This document shows positions 7,488-17,028 of a DNA stretch of 43,140 bases, piece by piece. Each line of letters opens with the position of its first letter. Positions within the stretch are counted from its first letter, which is position 1. The notes beneath the pieces are model-generated. The model ran no database searches, was not told where the DNA came from, and saw only the letters and a list, made by a program, of their open reading frames with translations. The stretch is from a virus: positions 1 to 43,140 of the IMG/VR virus record IMGVR_UViG_3300002920_000041; one strand, given 5' to 3'. The position numbers were made by a program, and so were the translations under genes.

Positions 7488-10400
7488 TTGGATAGGCTTT
7501 TCAAAGACAAGCCTTACCTCGATGAGGCGCGGCTTTTCCTTCAGGCTGTATGGGCGGCTTTTCCGCCTGAATCCATTCTCGGTCTTACTTACGACGTTCT
7601 TTACAATTCAAAAGGCGATTTGCGTAAGGGCGAGCGTCCTGTATGGTTAACGCGCGCGGGCTTAGCCGAATTTTTCGAGGAGGGGTTGCCTTCCTTACAG
7701 ACGCGCAATGAGTCTCAAGATGAATCAGGCAACATTTACTTCAGACCAGCGGCGCGTAAGCGCGTCATCATAGACTCAGTCAATGCGAATCGTTATCGGA
7801 CGGGGACATTAGACGAGCTTACGGTAGTCAATTCTATTTGGTGTGACATAGATTGTGTTGCGCGCGGGATAGACTACGACCGCGCTTTTGGCGTTTTGCG
7901 TGACATGCAAGCGTCAATCATTTGGTTTACAGGCGGCGGCTTGCAAGCGATTTGGCTGACTGACAAGCTGATCGACGTAAGCTCTTCTGATTTGGCGCGC
8001 GAATTCAAAGCGAGAGCCTTAGCTTTCCTGCTACCGCGTTTCAAAGCTGAAGGAATTGAGGTTGACACTAGCGTGCATGACGCGACGCGAATGCTGCGCT
8101 TAGTAGGCTTCAGAAATAAGAAACCCAGCCGCAAGGGCGCTTTCGCTACTATCCTTCATTTCGAACCCGATCGTCGTCTCGCCTATGCCGACTTCATGCG
8201 CATTGAATTGCCTAAGCCTGCTCAACCGATTGGTGGCAATGGCGGCAGGGATGATTACGTTACATTTGTAAACAATCCTGTAAACGACGGTAAACAAAGT
8301 GACGCGCTGTATTTTGTGAGCGGTGAATTTGTTGCTCGCTTAATCAAGCGTGAGCAGCCTGTTGAGCGGCATCCCGCCCTTGTGAAGGTCGCGGCGAGCG
8401 CGGCTAAGGCTGGAATACCTATGGCGGCGCTCATCCAACATTTGCGCCCGCTCGCCGTTGAATGGTTCGGTAAGACGGGCGAACAGCGCCGCGCCTTTGG
8501 CGAGCTGGACTCGCTAGTCGCTTGGGCTTACCAAAACGTTGAGCATGGCGTTAGCAGCGACCGCTATGCCGTCCGCCTGACTGAAAACGGTTTTGAGCTT
8601 GTCGATGACGCCGTAAGGCGTTACAGAAAGCCTATTGACATTGACTCCTTAAGACTAGATTCAGGTCAAGCTCATGCGATTGTAGAGAGAGAAGATCCTG
8701 AGCAGGCGGAAGAGGATTTAATCCCGTTGCGTCAAATCCGAGCCGAATTGCCGTCGGTGATCGGAAATTTCATTGACGCGACTCGGCGGCGCGGCGAAAT
8801 CGGGCGGACGATGCTAATCAAAGCTCCGCTCGGCAGCGGCAAGACGCATTCGGTGTGGGTCGAACTTCACAAGCGTGCGCTTGCCGATGACAAGTTCAAA
8901 GCGGTCTTTTACGGGCTGTTCACCTACACAAAAGAGCAATGGCGCGCTTATTTGGCGGATTTTGGTCTGCAGCCCGATGACGTTTTCTATTTTGAGGCTA
9001 GAAACGGTCGAAAGGGCAGTATAGGCTATTGCGCATTTCACGAGGAGGCTGAACAGGTCGCCAATAAAGGCTATCGCGTCTTCGATACGCTTTGTATGCG
9101 CTGCCCTCACTTATCTGAATGTCAACATAATTGGTACTTATCACAGAAAGAAGCCGCCGAAAATGCGCAGCTCGTCTATGCGCGCCACAACCACGCGCTC
9201 ATGCTGTTTGAGTTGAGCGACGGCAGAGATGTGGTTGTGATTGACGAGTCCATTGTGGATTTGATTGAAGCTCCTATACGGCTGGGCTTTGACGATTTCG
9301 CCGACGCAAACAATCACTTTCTGAGGGTGAACAGTCCTGACGCCTATCAAGCGTGCGATTCGCTATTGAGGGCTTTGCGGGCGGTTTTGGCGGCGACACC
9401 GTCAAAATCGACAAAGTACCTCGACTATGAGAAGCATGTCCGCGACGGGCGATGGGTCGTTGAGCAGCTCTTGAATTACATTGAAGGCGAGGACATGGCG
9501 GAAAAGCAAGCCGTGTTGGAATTGGCGTTAGAGCAATCAGATGATTTCTTTGATGAGTTGCATCCAATCATCAATTCGCAAAACAACACGGCTATTATCG
9601 ACGTGGACAACCTGCCGCGCCGCTATTTGAGTACTTTCATTCGCCTGTTGAGGAGCGAATACGGGCTTTGGAAAGCAGGGCATAAGGATTGGAATTCGCG
9701 CCTATTTGCTTTCAACAATCGCTTTCAGGTTTACCCTTTGCCTAGCATAGGCGTCGATAGGACAACTAAAGCTATCATCATCGACGGGACGGGCGATCCA
9801 AAGGTATACGATGGGCATATCAGGACTAAAGACGGCAAGAAATTAGAGCGCCGCGAAATGCGCGTTTACGCGCCTGCTGCCCCGCAGGTTGCCAAAGTCG
9901 TGCAATTCGCGGACGCATCGTTTTCTAAGTCCTCTTTAGCCCAAAACTTCACAAAGGCTGAAGAGACGGGCGAATCGGATAAAAGCTTGATAAGGCTAAT
10001 CCCTGAGGCGATGAAGCAAGGGCTTAAGGGACGCGGCGATATCATGACCTCAAAGGTCTTGATTGTTTGCTATAAGCCTATTAAAGCGCAGGTCAGAAAA
10101 CTCATCGACGCTGACCCAGTCCTGAAGGCGCTCAGCCGTAAAGGCGCGCTCGTGGTTGAGCATTTTGGCAATTTGAGAGGACGAAATGACTACGCGGATT
10201 TCGATTGCGCCTTGATAGTTGGGACGCCGCGCATCCCTGAGGCTGAACTCATCATGCGCGCTAAAGCACGTTTTCATGAAGACCCGAATCTGATCGGAGT
10301 CCAGCGGGTCACGCGCGCAAGAGCCTATAAAGGGACGCGGAAAGCGAGCCTGTTATTCGATTACGCTGACGATAGGCTCTCCGAAATCAATTACAAGCTG

Positions 10401-10937
10401 ATTGATGATGAGATAAGGCAATGCGCGGAGCGCATCAGACCGAATGTCCCTGATTTGCTCAAGAAGCGCGGCAAACTCATTTTGCTTTTGACCAATTTTC
10501 CAACTTCATACCGTGTCAACGAGCTGCACCTGCTGACTGACGTGCTGTTTGAGGAAAAGGTTGATGAGCATCTATCGCTGCTACCAAGACCTTTGGTTGA
10601 GTACAGCGGTGAAGAGCTAATCAAACTGTTGCAAGAGGCGGGTCTGCAGAATCGCGAGGCGATTCGCAAGGTGCTGCAGGAGCGAGGCTTGACAAGACGG
10701 CGACCGCGTTACAAAACCCGCAACAGCAATCACCGGGAACTCGCCAAAACGCTCATCGAATCCGTGATGCGGCGTGAAATGGACGAGGCTGCGGCAAGCG
10801 GAAAGCCTTACGAGGGGCGCTCGATTTCGGGATGGATGCATTTTTGCGCTCAACAAATTGAAGGATTCAGCTTGACATGGCACTCGACTTCTGCTATACT
10901 GAAGGAAATCACGATCAACACTTCAAAACGAGGATAA
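7488..10937 (+). CDS. Primase-polymerase (AEP-like) fused to a P-loop helicase or NTPase (1149 aa)
   Basis: TTG start lies 5 nt after GAGGAGG. The N-terminal part has WCDIDC (DxD) and HDATRMLRLVGFRNKK (primase-type R..G..N.K). The central part has Walker A KAPLGSGKTHS and Walker B VVVIDES. Confidence 0.7.
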   Translation: MDRLFKDKPYLDEARLFLQAVWAAFPPESILGLTYDVLYNSKGDLRKGERPVWLTRAGLAEFFEEGLPSLQTRNESQDESGNIYFRPAARKRVIIDSVNANRYRTGTLDELTVVNSIWCDIDCVARGIDYDRAFGVLRDMQASIIWFTGGGLQAIWLTDKLIDVSSSDLAREFKARALAFLLPRFKAEGIEVDTSVHDATRMLRLVGFRNKKPSRKGAFATILHFEPDRRLAYADFMRIELPKPAQPIGGNGGRDDYVTFVNNPVNDGKQSDALYFVSGEFVARLIKREQPVERHPALVKVAASAAKAGIPMAALIQHLRPLAVEWFGKTGEQRRAFGELDSLVAWAYQNVEHGVSSDRYAVRLTENGFELVDDAVRRYRKPIDIDSLRLDSGQAHAIVEREDPEQAEEDLIPLRQIRAELPSVIGNFIDATRRRGEIGRTMLIKAPLGSGKTHSVWVELHKRALADDKFKAVFYGLFTYTKEQWRAYLADFGLQPDDVFYFEARNGRKGSIGYCAFHEEAEQVANKGYRVFDTLCMRCPHLSECQHNWYLSQKEAAENAQLVYARHNHALMLFELSDGRDVVVIDESIVDLIEAPIRLGFDDFADANNHFLRVNSPDAYQACDSLLRALRAVLAATPSKSTKYLDYEKHVRDGRWVVEQLLNYIEGEDMAEKQAVLELALEQSDDFFDELHPIINSQNNTAIIDVDNLPRRYLSTFIRLLRSEYGLWKAGHKDWNSRLFAFNNRFQVYPLPSIGVDRTTKAIIIDGTGDPKVYDGHIRTKDGKKLERREMRVYAPAAPQVAKVVQFADASFSKSSLAQNFTKAEETGESDKSLIRLIPEAMKQGLKGRGDIMTSKVLIVCYKPIKAQVRKLIDADPVLKALSRKGALVVEHFGNLRGRNDYADFDCALIVGTPRIPEAELIMRAKARFHEDPNLIGVQRVTRARAYKGTRKASLLFDYADDRLSEINYKLIDDEIRQCAERIRPNVPDLLKKRGKLILLLTNFPTSYRVNELHLLTDVLFEEKVDEHLSLLPRPLVEYSGEELIKLLQEAGLQNREAIRKVLQERGLTRRRPRYKTRNSNHRELAKTLIESVMRREMDEAAASGKPYEGRSISGWMHFCAQQIEGFSLTWHSTSAILKEITINTSKRG
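10872..10900 (+). promoter_or_regulatory. Near-consensus sigma-70-type promoter with extended -10, internal to the end of the primase gene
   Basis: TTGACA (10872-10877), a 17-nt spacer, then TGcTATACT (-10 at 10895-10900), located 45 nt upstream of the helicase ATG. The -10 block TGCTATACT is the same as at 25740-25748. Confidence 0.55.
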
Positions 10938-10945
10938 ACACGAAC

Positions 10946-12793
10946 ATGTACAACTTGAGAGATTATCAGCAAGAAGCGGTGCAAGCAGTTTTAGATGATT
11001 GGGGGCGCCTTGAGCGCCCGATCATATTTATGGCTACGGGTTCAGGAAAGACCGTCGTCATGGCGGATATAGTCAGGCGTGTCCTAGCCGAACAGCCGAT
11101 GGCGCGTTTTCTTGTGATTTCTCACACCCGTGAGATAGTCACACAGACTGTAAAGGCTTTCGAACGCCATGTTGGCATTGAGATCAGCGTCGAGATGGGT
11201 GATTCCGTTGCGTCGCCTGACTCGAAAGTAGTGGTGGCAACTAGGCAGAGTTTATTCGGGTCTCGTCTCGACAGGATTGCTAAAGTTGGTTTTACCCACC
11301 TTCTGATTGACGAGGCGCATCACGTAGCGCCAGACAATCAGTACTGGAAAATTTACAATAGTCTTCGTGAAGCTAACCCGACCCTCAAGGTGGCAGGCTT
11401 TACAGCCACCCCTCAAAGGGCTGACAGGTTAGGGTTGGCTATCTTTACCAAAATCGGGTTTAGATGGTCGATTATATCGGGCATTGAGGAAGGTTTTTTA
11501 GTACCCCCTGCCCGATATCAAGTCGAAGCCGAAGGCGTAACCCTTGCCAATTTGCGGGTCAAGCAAGGCGACTACGATCTAGTAGGTTTGAATAAAACCC
11601 TCAAGGCGGCTGATTGGCCGTCGGTCGCCCTCGCCGCTTGGGAGCGGTTCGCTGAAGGGCGCAAGACTGTAGCTTTCTTTTCATCGATTGAGCTCTCTAA
11701 GGCGTTCGTTAAGATCGCCAAAGAGAGAGGGATTGCGGCGGCGCATGTGGACGGCGAAATGCCTTTTTCAACCAGAGAATTTATCTTAGCCCGCTTCATG
11801 CGGGGCGAGATTAAAATTGTGTCGAACGTGGCTGTGCTAACGGAAGGCTTTGATGAGCCCACCATCGAAGCCATTCTGTGGGCAAGGCCCACCATGAGTG
11901 AGGTTCTTCTCACTCAAGCTGTAGGGCGTGGCTTAAGACCCGCTCAAGGTAAGCAGAACTGCCTAATTTTGGATCTGACTCCCGCCGACACCCGTCTTTT
12001 GACGACGGGGACTCTGTTGGGTTTGACTTCTCGTTGCCCCTCCTGCGGCGTTACTTTTCTGAAAGGTTTCGAAAAGTGCCCACGATGCGGCGCGCAAATT
12101 TACACAGGTTCGGTTCAGCGCTCAAAGCCTGCAGCCGATGTCCCCGATTCGGGTGAAAAGAGTAAAGCGCTGTCGGGCTTTAAGAAAGATGTGGAAGGTA
12201 TCGAGGTAAGGGCGCGCCCAAAGGCAGTATTTGAGGGCGACACCGAAATCCCAGAAATCCACTCGTTTTACAAATTCGAGAGGATTGATACTTACTTCGA
12301 CACGAACATCAAAGGCCACGCTGTCGCCTGCAAAGGAGAGTGGGTCTTCATTTTAGACCCGATCGAGCTTTGGGATTCCGCGCTGCTTGAGCGCGCAAAG
12401 GCTAGTTTGGATGAGACTGACCCTCTAGCTAAAAAGGCGGCGGAGCGGATTGTCAGCCTTAGCGGCGGTCACAGCATTGCGGTCTTCCGTTACACGGAGG
12501 AGACTGCAGACTTAATCTTTATCGACAAGTACCCATTTTTGGAGCAGGCTTTAGACGCTTATCGAAAACCATCCCTGCTCGCTGGACGGCAAGCAAGACA
12601 GACCCGCTGGTGGAATGATCCCGCAACCCCCAAGCAGCACGCATACTTGCGGTCGCTGCAAAAACAGTACGACGTTACTCTGAAGACACAACTGCGATAC
12701 AAAGGCGAGGTCTCTGAAGCCTTAAACCTAGTCAAGGCTTTTGGATACTTGCGAAACACCCTTATGATTCTTGCTAGGAGGATACCGCAATGA
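10946..12793 (+). CDS. SF2 DEAH-box DNA helicase with a Cys4 zinc ribbon and a C-terminal extension
   Basis: Motif I MATGSGKT, II LLIDEAHH, III GFTATP, VI QAVGRGLR, plus CPSCG...CPRCG. The ATG at 10946 is preferred over 10877 because it lies after the primase stop and GAGGA sits 11 nt upstream. Confidence 0.85.
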   Translation: MYNLRDYQQEAVQAVLDDWGRLERPIIFMATGSGKTVVMADIVRRVLAEQPMARFLVISHTREIVTQTVKAFERHVGIEISVEMGDSVASPDSKVVVATRQSLFGSRLDRIAKVGFTHLLIDEAHHVAPDNQYWKIYNSLREANPTLKVAGFTATPQRADRLGLAIFTKIGFRWSIISGIEEGFLVPPARYQVEAEGVTLANLRVKQGDYDLVGLNKTLKAADWPSVALAAWERFAEGRKTVAFFSSIELSKAFVKIAKERGIAAAHVDGEMPFSTREFILARFMRGEIKIVSNVAVLTEGFDEPTIEAILWARPTMSEVLLTQAVGRGLRPAQGKQNCLILDLTPADTRLLTTGTLLGLTSRCPSCGVTFLKGFEKCPRCGAQIYTGSVQRSKPAADVPDSGEKSKALSGFKKDVEGIEVRARPKAVFEGDTEIPEIHSFYKFERIDTYFDTNIKGHAVACKGEWVFILDPIELWDSALLERAKASLDETDPLAKKAAERIVSLSGGHSIAVFRYTEETADLIFIDKYPFLEQALDAYRKPSLLAGRQARQTRWWNDPATPKQHAYLRSLQKQYDVTLKTQLRYKGEVSEALNLVKAFGYLRNTLMILARRIPQ

Positions 12794-15090
12794 GTTGGGC
12801 AGTCGATATCGAGACAACAGGACTCGGCGCGGGCGATGAGATATTGACAATCGCCCTGCTGCGAGAAGGGAACAGCTTTGTGATTAACGCGCCGTTTAGC
12901 GACGGCGCGTTTGATTCGGTGACGGATATTTTCAAGTCGGACGGCGTGTTCATAGCGCACAACGCCGTGTTTGATTTCGGTAGATTAGCGCGAATCGGGC
13001 TGCCTATACCTAAAAAGATATGGTGCACGCTGCAGATGGCTCGGTTATTGCACCCTGATAAAACGAAGACGTACTCATTGTTTGGCGTCGCCGAGTCGCT
13101 TGGAATCCCGATTAGCGATGAGCATCGCAGAATGAAGGCGCGAAACCGATCGGAAATCAGGCAATCGCGTGGGATGGATGCTCTTCAGGCTTCATTGTTC
13201 GACGGCGATCCTTACCTTGCGCGCTATGCGCTCTTCGACGCTGAACTTGCGCTAAAAATCTATCAAGCGCAGCAGGCGTTTGTCACAGACACCAACAAAG
13301 AGCTGGTCGACTTTGAGATGCGAGCCGTGCGCACCTATGCGCGGCTCACGGCGCGCGGCGTATGCATAGATGAGGCTTACGCTGATGAGCTGCTCTCGAA
13401 AACCCGTGAGGAGCTGAAAAGCGTGTTGGCAGAACTTGAGCGCGACGGGCTTAGCTCGCCTAATAAGCGATCGGCTGTGATGGATTACATTGCCAGAAAA
13501 GGGTGCAAGTTGCCTGAATACAACCCGTCAAGTCTGGTATTCACGGCGAAAGCCCATCAGGAATTGAAGCCTTTGTTTGATAGGGGAAAACCAATAACCG
13601 TCACTTTAGAGCACTTGTCTTTTGGCGCTGAAGCGATTGAGGAGCTGACGCGCGAAATCCCTGAGTTGTCTTTGCTGAAGCGATACAACGAGCTGCGCTT
13701 CTATGAAGGGCAGCTTGAGAACCTGCTTGAGTCAGCGTGCGATGGGCGGTTACATCCGCTTTACAACTTTACCCTGACAGGGCGTCGGGCGACTGAGCAT
13801 CCTCAGTTGCAGAACCTGAACATGGATTACATGAAGGGAGTCCTGATCGGGTCACCAGACGGAGACGCGACATTGCTTGAGTTTGACTTGAGCAATGCCG
13901 AAAACTGGATGGGGGCCATGATGAGCGCGGACTCGCTTTTCGCAGCCGCTTGTGCAAGTGGCGATTTTCATAGCTCTATGGCGAAAGTTTATTTCCCTGA
14001 GGATTTCGCCAAAGCGGAGCAGGCGGGCGATCGCGCAAAAATGAAGGAACTTCGCCAAAAGGGCAAAGGCATCACTTTTGGAATGGCATATGGCATGGGC
14101 GCTCAGACAATGGCAACGCGCCTGAAGATGCCGCTTGAGAGCGCAAAGAAAATCCTAGAGCAGGTCGCAAACAGCTTTCCTGCGCTAACCGCTGCTAAGC
14201 GGGCGGCGAAGGAGGCTTATGAGCAGCGCGGCTATGCGGTGCTTTGGAGCGGGCGCAAAGTCGCAGGCGGAGCGGCTAAGGACGCTTGGAATTACATATG
14301 CCAAGGTGGCGTAGCCGAAATCACTAAGCGGGCTGCCGTCTTGATTGATGAATTCCTGACAGAAAACGGCTTCAAATCTTACCTAGCCCTTGATATCCAT
14401 GACGCCTTGATCGTCGTTGTCTACCATGATGAGGCGTCGGCTATTGTCGAGCGCATCTCAGAGATAATAGAGGGGGTCGTCCCTCAATGGTGGAATCAAC
14501 GAACGAACCCAAACGCGCGATGGATAGCGCGCCCCGACTTTGATAAGAACGCTGAGAAGTGGGGGTATCGGCAGCTCGACATCCGTTTGGCTTTGCAAGG
14601 GAGTCGCAACGCCAAAGCGGAGTCAGAGCCTGAGAAAGGTGGTCTTGTGCAGGTTGACCTTGACAGGTTTCTTGACACACCTGTGCAGCGAGAGGTCGAG
14701 CTAGGCTATCCAATGTTCAATATCCTCTCAAGACCAATCAGGACTTTGCGCGATAGCGTTGAGCTTTTCAAAGAGCTGGATGCGGCAATCGAGGGTATGA
14801 AGGACGATCTTATAGCCCTGCCAATTCCAAATTCAAGCGAATGGCGCGATTTCAAGCGCGATCAAGCGCGCGTTTTGGCGGAGGCGTGGGTCGCCAATTA
14901 CGCGCATTTCAGAAACCCTGAAATGCCAATCGAATTCTTCAAAGCCGTCATCAAGCGGCTGGACGATCAAGAGCGCGTCGCCAAAGTTCGCAGCCGAAAA
15001 CGCGCTGAATACGAGGTCAAGGCTGCTAAGTATAAGCCAGAAGTCGCCGAAATTGTCAGGGTAAGCGGGGTAGAACCAAATGCCGATTGA
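12790..15090 (+). CDS. Family-A DNA polymerase with 3'-5' proofreading exonuclease domain
   Basis: Exo I VDIETTGL, Exo II AHNAVFDF, Exo III YALFDAELALKIY. Pol motif A FDLSNAENW, motif B RQKGKGITFGMAYGMG, motif C LDIHDAL. AGGAGG SD and an ATGA start/stop overlap are present. Confidence 0.9.
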   Translation: MSWAVDIETTGLGAGDEILTIALLREGNSFVINAPFSDGAFDSVTDIFKSDGVFIAHNAVFDFGRLARIGLPIPKKIWCTLQMARLLHPDKTKTYSLFGVAESLGIPISDEHRRMKARNRSEIRQSRGMDALQASLFDGDPYLARYALFDAELALKIYQAQQAFVTDTNKELVDFEMRAVRTYARLTARGVCIDEAYADELLSKTREELKSVLAELERDGLSSPNKRSAVMDYIARKGCKLPEYNPSSLVFTAKAHQELKPLFDRGKPITVTLEHLSFGAEAIEELTREIPELSLLKRYNELRFYEGQLENLLESACDGRLHPLYNFTLTGRRATEHPQLQNLNMDYMKGVLIGSPDGDATLLEFDLSNAENWMGAMMSADSLFAAACASGDFHSSMAKVYFPEDFAKAEQAGDRAKMKELRQKGKGITFGMAYGMGAQTMATRLKMPLESAKKILEQVANSFPALTAAKRAAKEAYEQRGYAVLWSGRKVAGGAAKDAWNYICQGGVAEITKRAAVLIDEFLTENGFKSYLALDIHDALIVVVYHDEASAIVERISEIIEGVVPQWWNQRTNPNARWIARPDFDKNAEKWGYRQLDIRLALQGSRNAKAESEPEKGGLVQVDLDRFLDTPVQREVELGYPMFNILSRPIRTLRDSVELFKELDAAIEGMKDDLIALPIPNSSEWRDFKRDQARVLAEAWVANYAHFRNPEMPIEFFKAVIKRLDDQERVAKVRSRKRAEYEVKAAKYKPEVAEIVRVSGVEPNAD

Positions 15091-16150
15091 TTTCTATAAT
15101 GAGGACGTTATGGACTTCATGAAGCGGGCGGGGGCGGCGTATCACGCCGCCCTGTTCGATCCGCCTTACGGATTGAACATGAAGGATTGGGATCGCGATC
15201 TCGCGCTTCAACCCGACTTTTGGCAGGCTTTGAAGGGCGTATTGTTGGAAGGGGCTATCGTCCTCGCCTTTTCATCGCCCCGCCTATACCACAGGATGGC
15301 GTCAGCGGCGGAAACGGCGGGTTTTGAGATATTGAACATGCTCGCGTGGATAACTGCTCAAGGTCTGAACAAAGGGCGGATGTTTGGCGATTACGCGATT
15401 GGCGCTCAGTCATTCCGATCAGCATTAGAGCCGATCCTAATAGCGCGCAAAAAGGCTAAAAACTACAGCAAAGCCGCCCACCAAACAGGCGCGGGTTTTT
15501 TGAACGTAAGAGGAGTCGGCGCGCGTCCGAGCCGCGATCTGTATCGTCCAGAGAGGATAGTCAAAACGGCTGTATACCGTGATTTCATAAATAGTAAGCG
15601 GTATACCTTGTCCCGCGACCAAAGGCGCATTACAGCCAATTTGGTTGTCATGCACAGCGAGGACTGCAATGAAGCGCGCTGCGCACCTGATTGCCCTGAC
15701 CTTGCCCTGCGTAAACTGTCAGGTCACCCCTCTGAACGTTATTTTCAAGCGTTGTTCAGAAAAGCTGAAAAGCTAGAGCGAGCTGCGTTGCCTGCACTAT
15801 ACGTGCCAAAGGCGCTGAGCATCGAACGTGATTTGGGCGTCAAAACACCATCGAGCAACCGCAATAGCCGAATTCCGAACCGCCTAAACCAGCATCCAAC
15901 AATCAAGCCTTTGGCGCTCTGCTATTACTTGGGCAAGCTTATATGCCCCCCGCCACAATACCATGCAACACATAACCCGCGTCTGTTTGTCCCTTTCTCA
16001 GGGACGGGTTCAGAGGTCATTGGCGCTGCGCTCGCGGGGTGGCAATCCATCGACGCCGTCGAGATTGATTCAAGCTATGTCACGATCGCCAAAGAACGCC
16101 TATCTTTTTGGTTAGGGATGCCCGTGCAATTGGAGCTTTTCTACGAATGA
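15080..16150 (+). CDS. DNA methyltransferase, beta-class N6A/N4C family (motif IV precedes motif I)
   Basis: FDPPYGL lies near the N-terminus, with HPTIKPLAL and FVPFSGTGSE (FxGxG) near the C-terminus. Target specificity cannot be read from the sequence. Confidence 0.8.
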   Translation: MPIDFYNEDVMDFMKRAGAAYHAALFDPPYGLNMKDWDRDLALQPDFWQALKGVLLEGAIVLAFSSPRLYHRMASAAETAGFEILNMLAWITAQGLNKGRMFGDYAIGAQSFRSALEPILIARKKAKNYSKAAHQTGAGFLNVRGVGARPSRDLYRPERIVKTAVYRDFINSKRYTLSRDQRRITANLVVMHSEDCNEARCAPDCPDLALRKLSGHPSERYFQALFRKAEKLERAALPALYVPKALSIERDLGVKTPSSNRNSRIPNRLNQHPTIKPLALCYYLGKLICPPPQYHATHNPRLFVPFSGTGSEVIGAALAGWQSIDAVEIDSSYVTIAKERLSFWLGMPVQLELFYE

Positions 16151-17028
16151 CCGACAAGCCTAGCTCATCTAACACGACGCTAGTGACGCCGCCCCCGCTC
16201 ACGCGCTCTCAATGGCTCGATTGTGAGGAAAAGGCGCGGAGCGCTGTCATCGCGTCAATCCCTAAGCCTGAAAAGGCGCAATTCGAGGTTGAGAATTTCG
16301 CAGCCTACCCTCGATGGTTGACCGCTGCCCTGACGATCGGGTTGCTCATCGTTGCAGGAGGCGCTTTGTATGTGAGCGCAGGAAAGCAGCTTGCGGCGGG
16401 CGATATTGTCCTGAAATCCGTGTTGACACACACGGATCGCGTCAATGAGTTTTGGGTGTCCACAGGGCTTATCGTCCTCGTTGTCATGGGCGAGATTGGC
16501 GCGCTGACTTTTGGGCTTAGCGCAGGGCTGTTAGCGCGGAATAAGACGGCTAAGCGCGTATTCCGCGCTTTCATGGTGATGAGCGCGGCGATCGCCTTGC
16601 TTGCCAACATATCCATGACGGCTTCATATCCGCAAGAGAGCGTGATCGTTTTCCAATGGTTCATCACGATCCTAGCTCCCTCTCTTGTGTTAGGAGTCGG
16701 ATTTGTCTTTGAAAATATGCTCTTGCAAGAGCTTGAAAAGAGGGCGGCTCGCATCAAGGCTTTCAATGACGCCGTCCTGTTCTACCACGCCGTGTTGCGC
16801 GACCCTAAGACAGCGCTGCCGGAGCGTTTTCAGAACGAGCTAGTCCATGCCGTCGGCGAGGCGTTGCGCGACAATTGCAAGACGGCGGACGGCAAGCGCG
16901 GAGCGCTTTACAAGCGATACCTTGAGCAGATTGAGGCTGACCCGCGCTTTGAATACCAGTGCATAGCGGCGGAATTTGAGCGTCATACGGTATCGTTTAA
17001 GGATTTCATGCAGACGCGCCCTATGTGA
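16147..17028 (+). CDS. Polytopic membrane protein (293 aa, 4-5 TM segments)
   Basis: The ATGA overlap with the methyltransferase stop is preferred to the 16108 start. Hydrophobic helices include LTAALTIGLLIVAGGALYV, GLIVLVVMGEIGALTFGLSAGLLA, AFMVMSAAIALLANI and WFITILAPSLVLGVGFVF. Confidence 0.75.
   Translation: MTDKPSSSNTTLVTPPPLTRSQWLDCEEKARSAVIASIPKPEKAQFEVENFAAYPRWLTAALTIGLLIVAGGALYVSAGKQLAAGDIVLKSVLTHTDRVNEFWVSTGLIVLVVMGEIGALTFGLSAGLLARNKTAKRVFRAFMVMSAAIALLANISMTASYPQESVIVFQWFITILAPSLVLGVGFVFENMLLQELEKRAARIKAFNDAVLFYHAVLRDPKTALPERFQNELVHAVGEALRDNCKTADGKRGALYKRYLEQIEADPRFEYQCIAAEFERHTVSFKDFMQTRPM

Noticed and set aside
10877-10945. The upstream ATG at 10877 as the helicase start, and similarly 16108, 21768, 22688, 25137, 25774, 35268, 35488 and 5444 as longest-ORF starts
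   Set aside because: In each case a downstream ATG has a proper SD or a start/stop overlap with the preceding gene. The longest-ORF start would create long overlaps, or it uses TTG or GTG without an SD.
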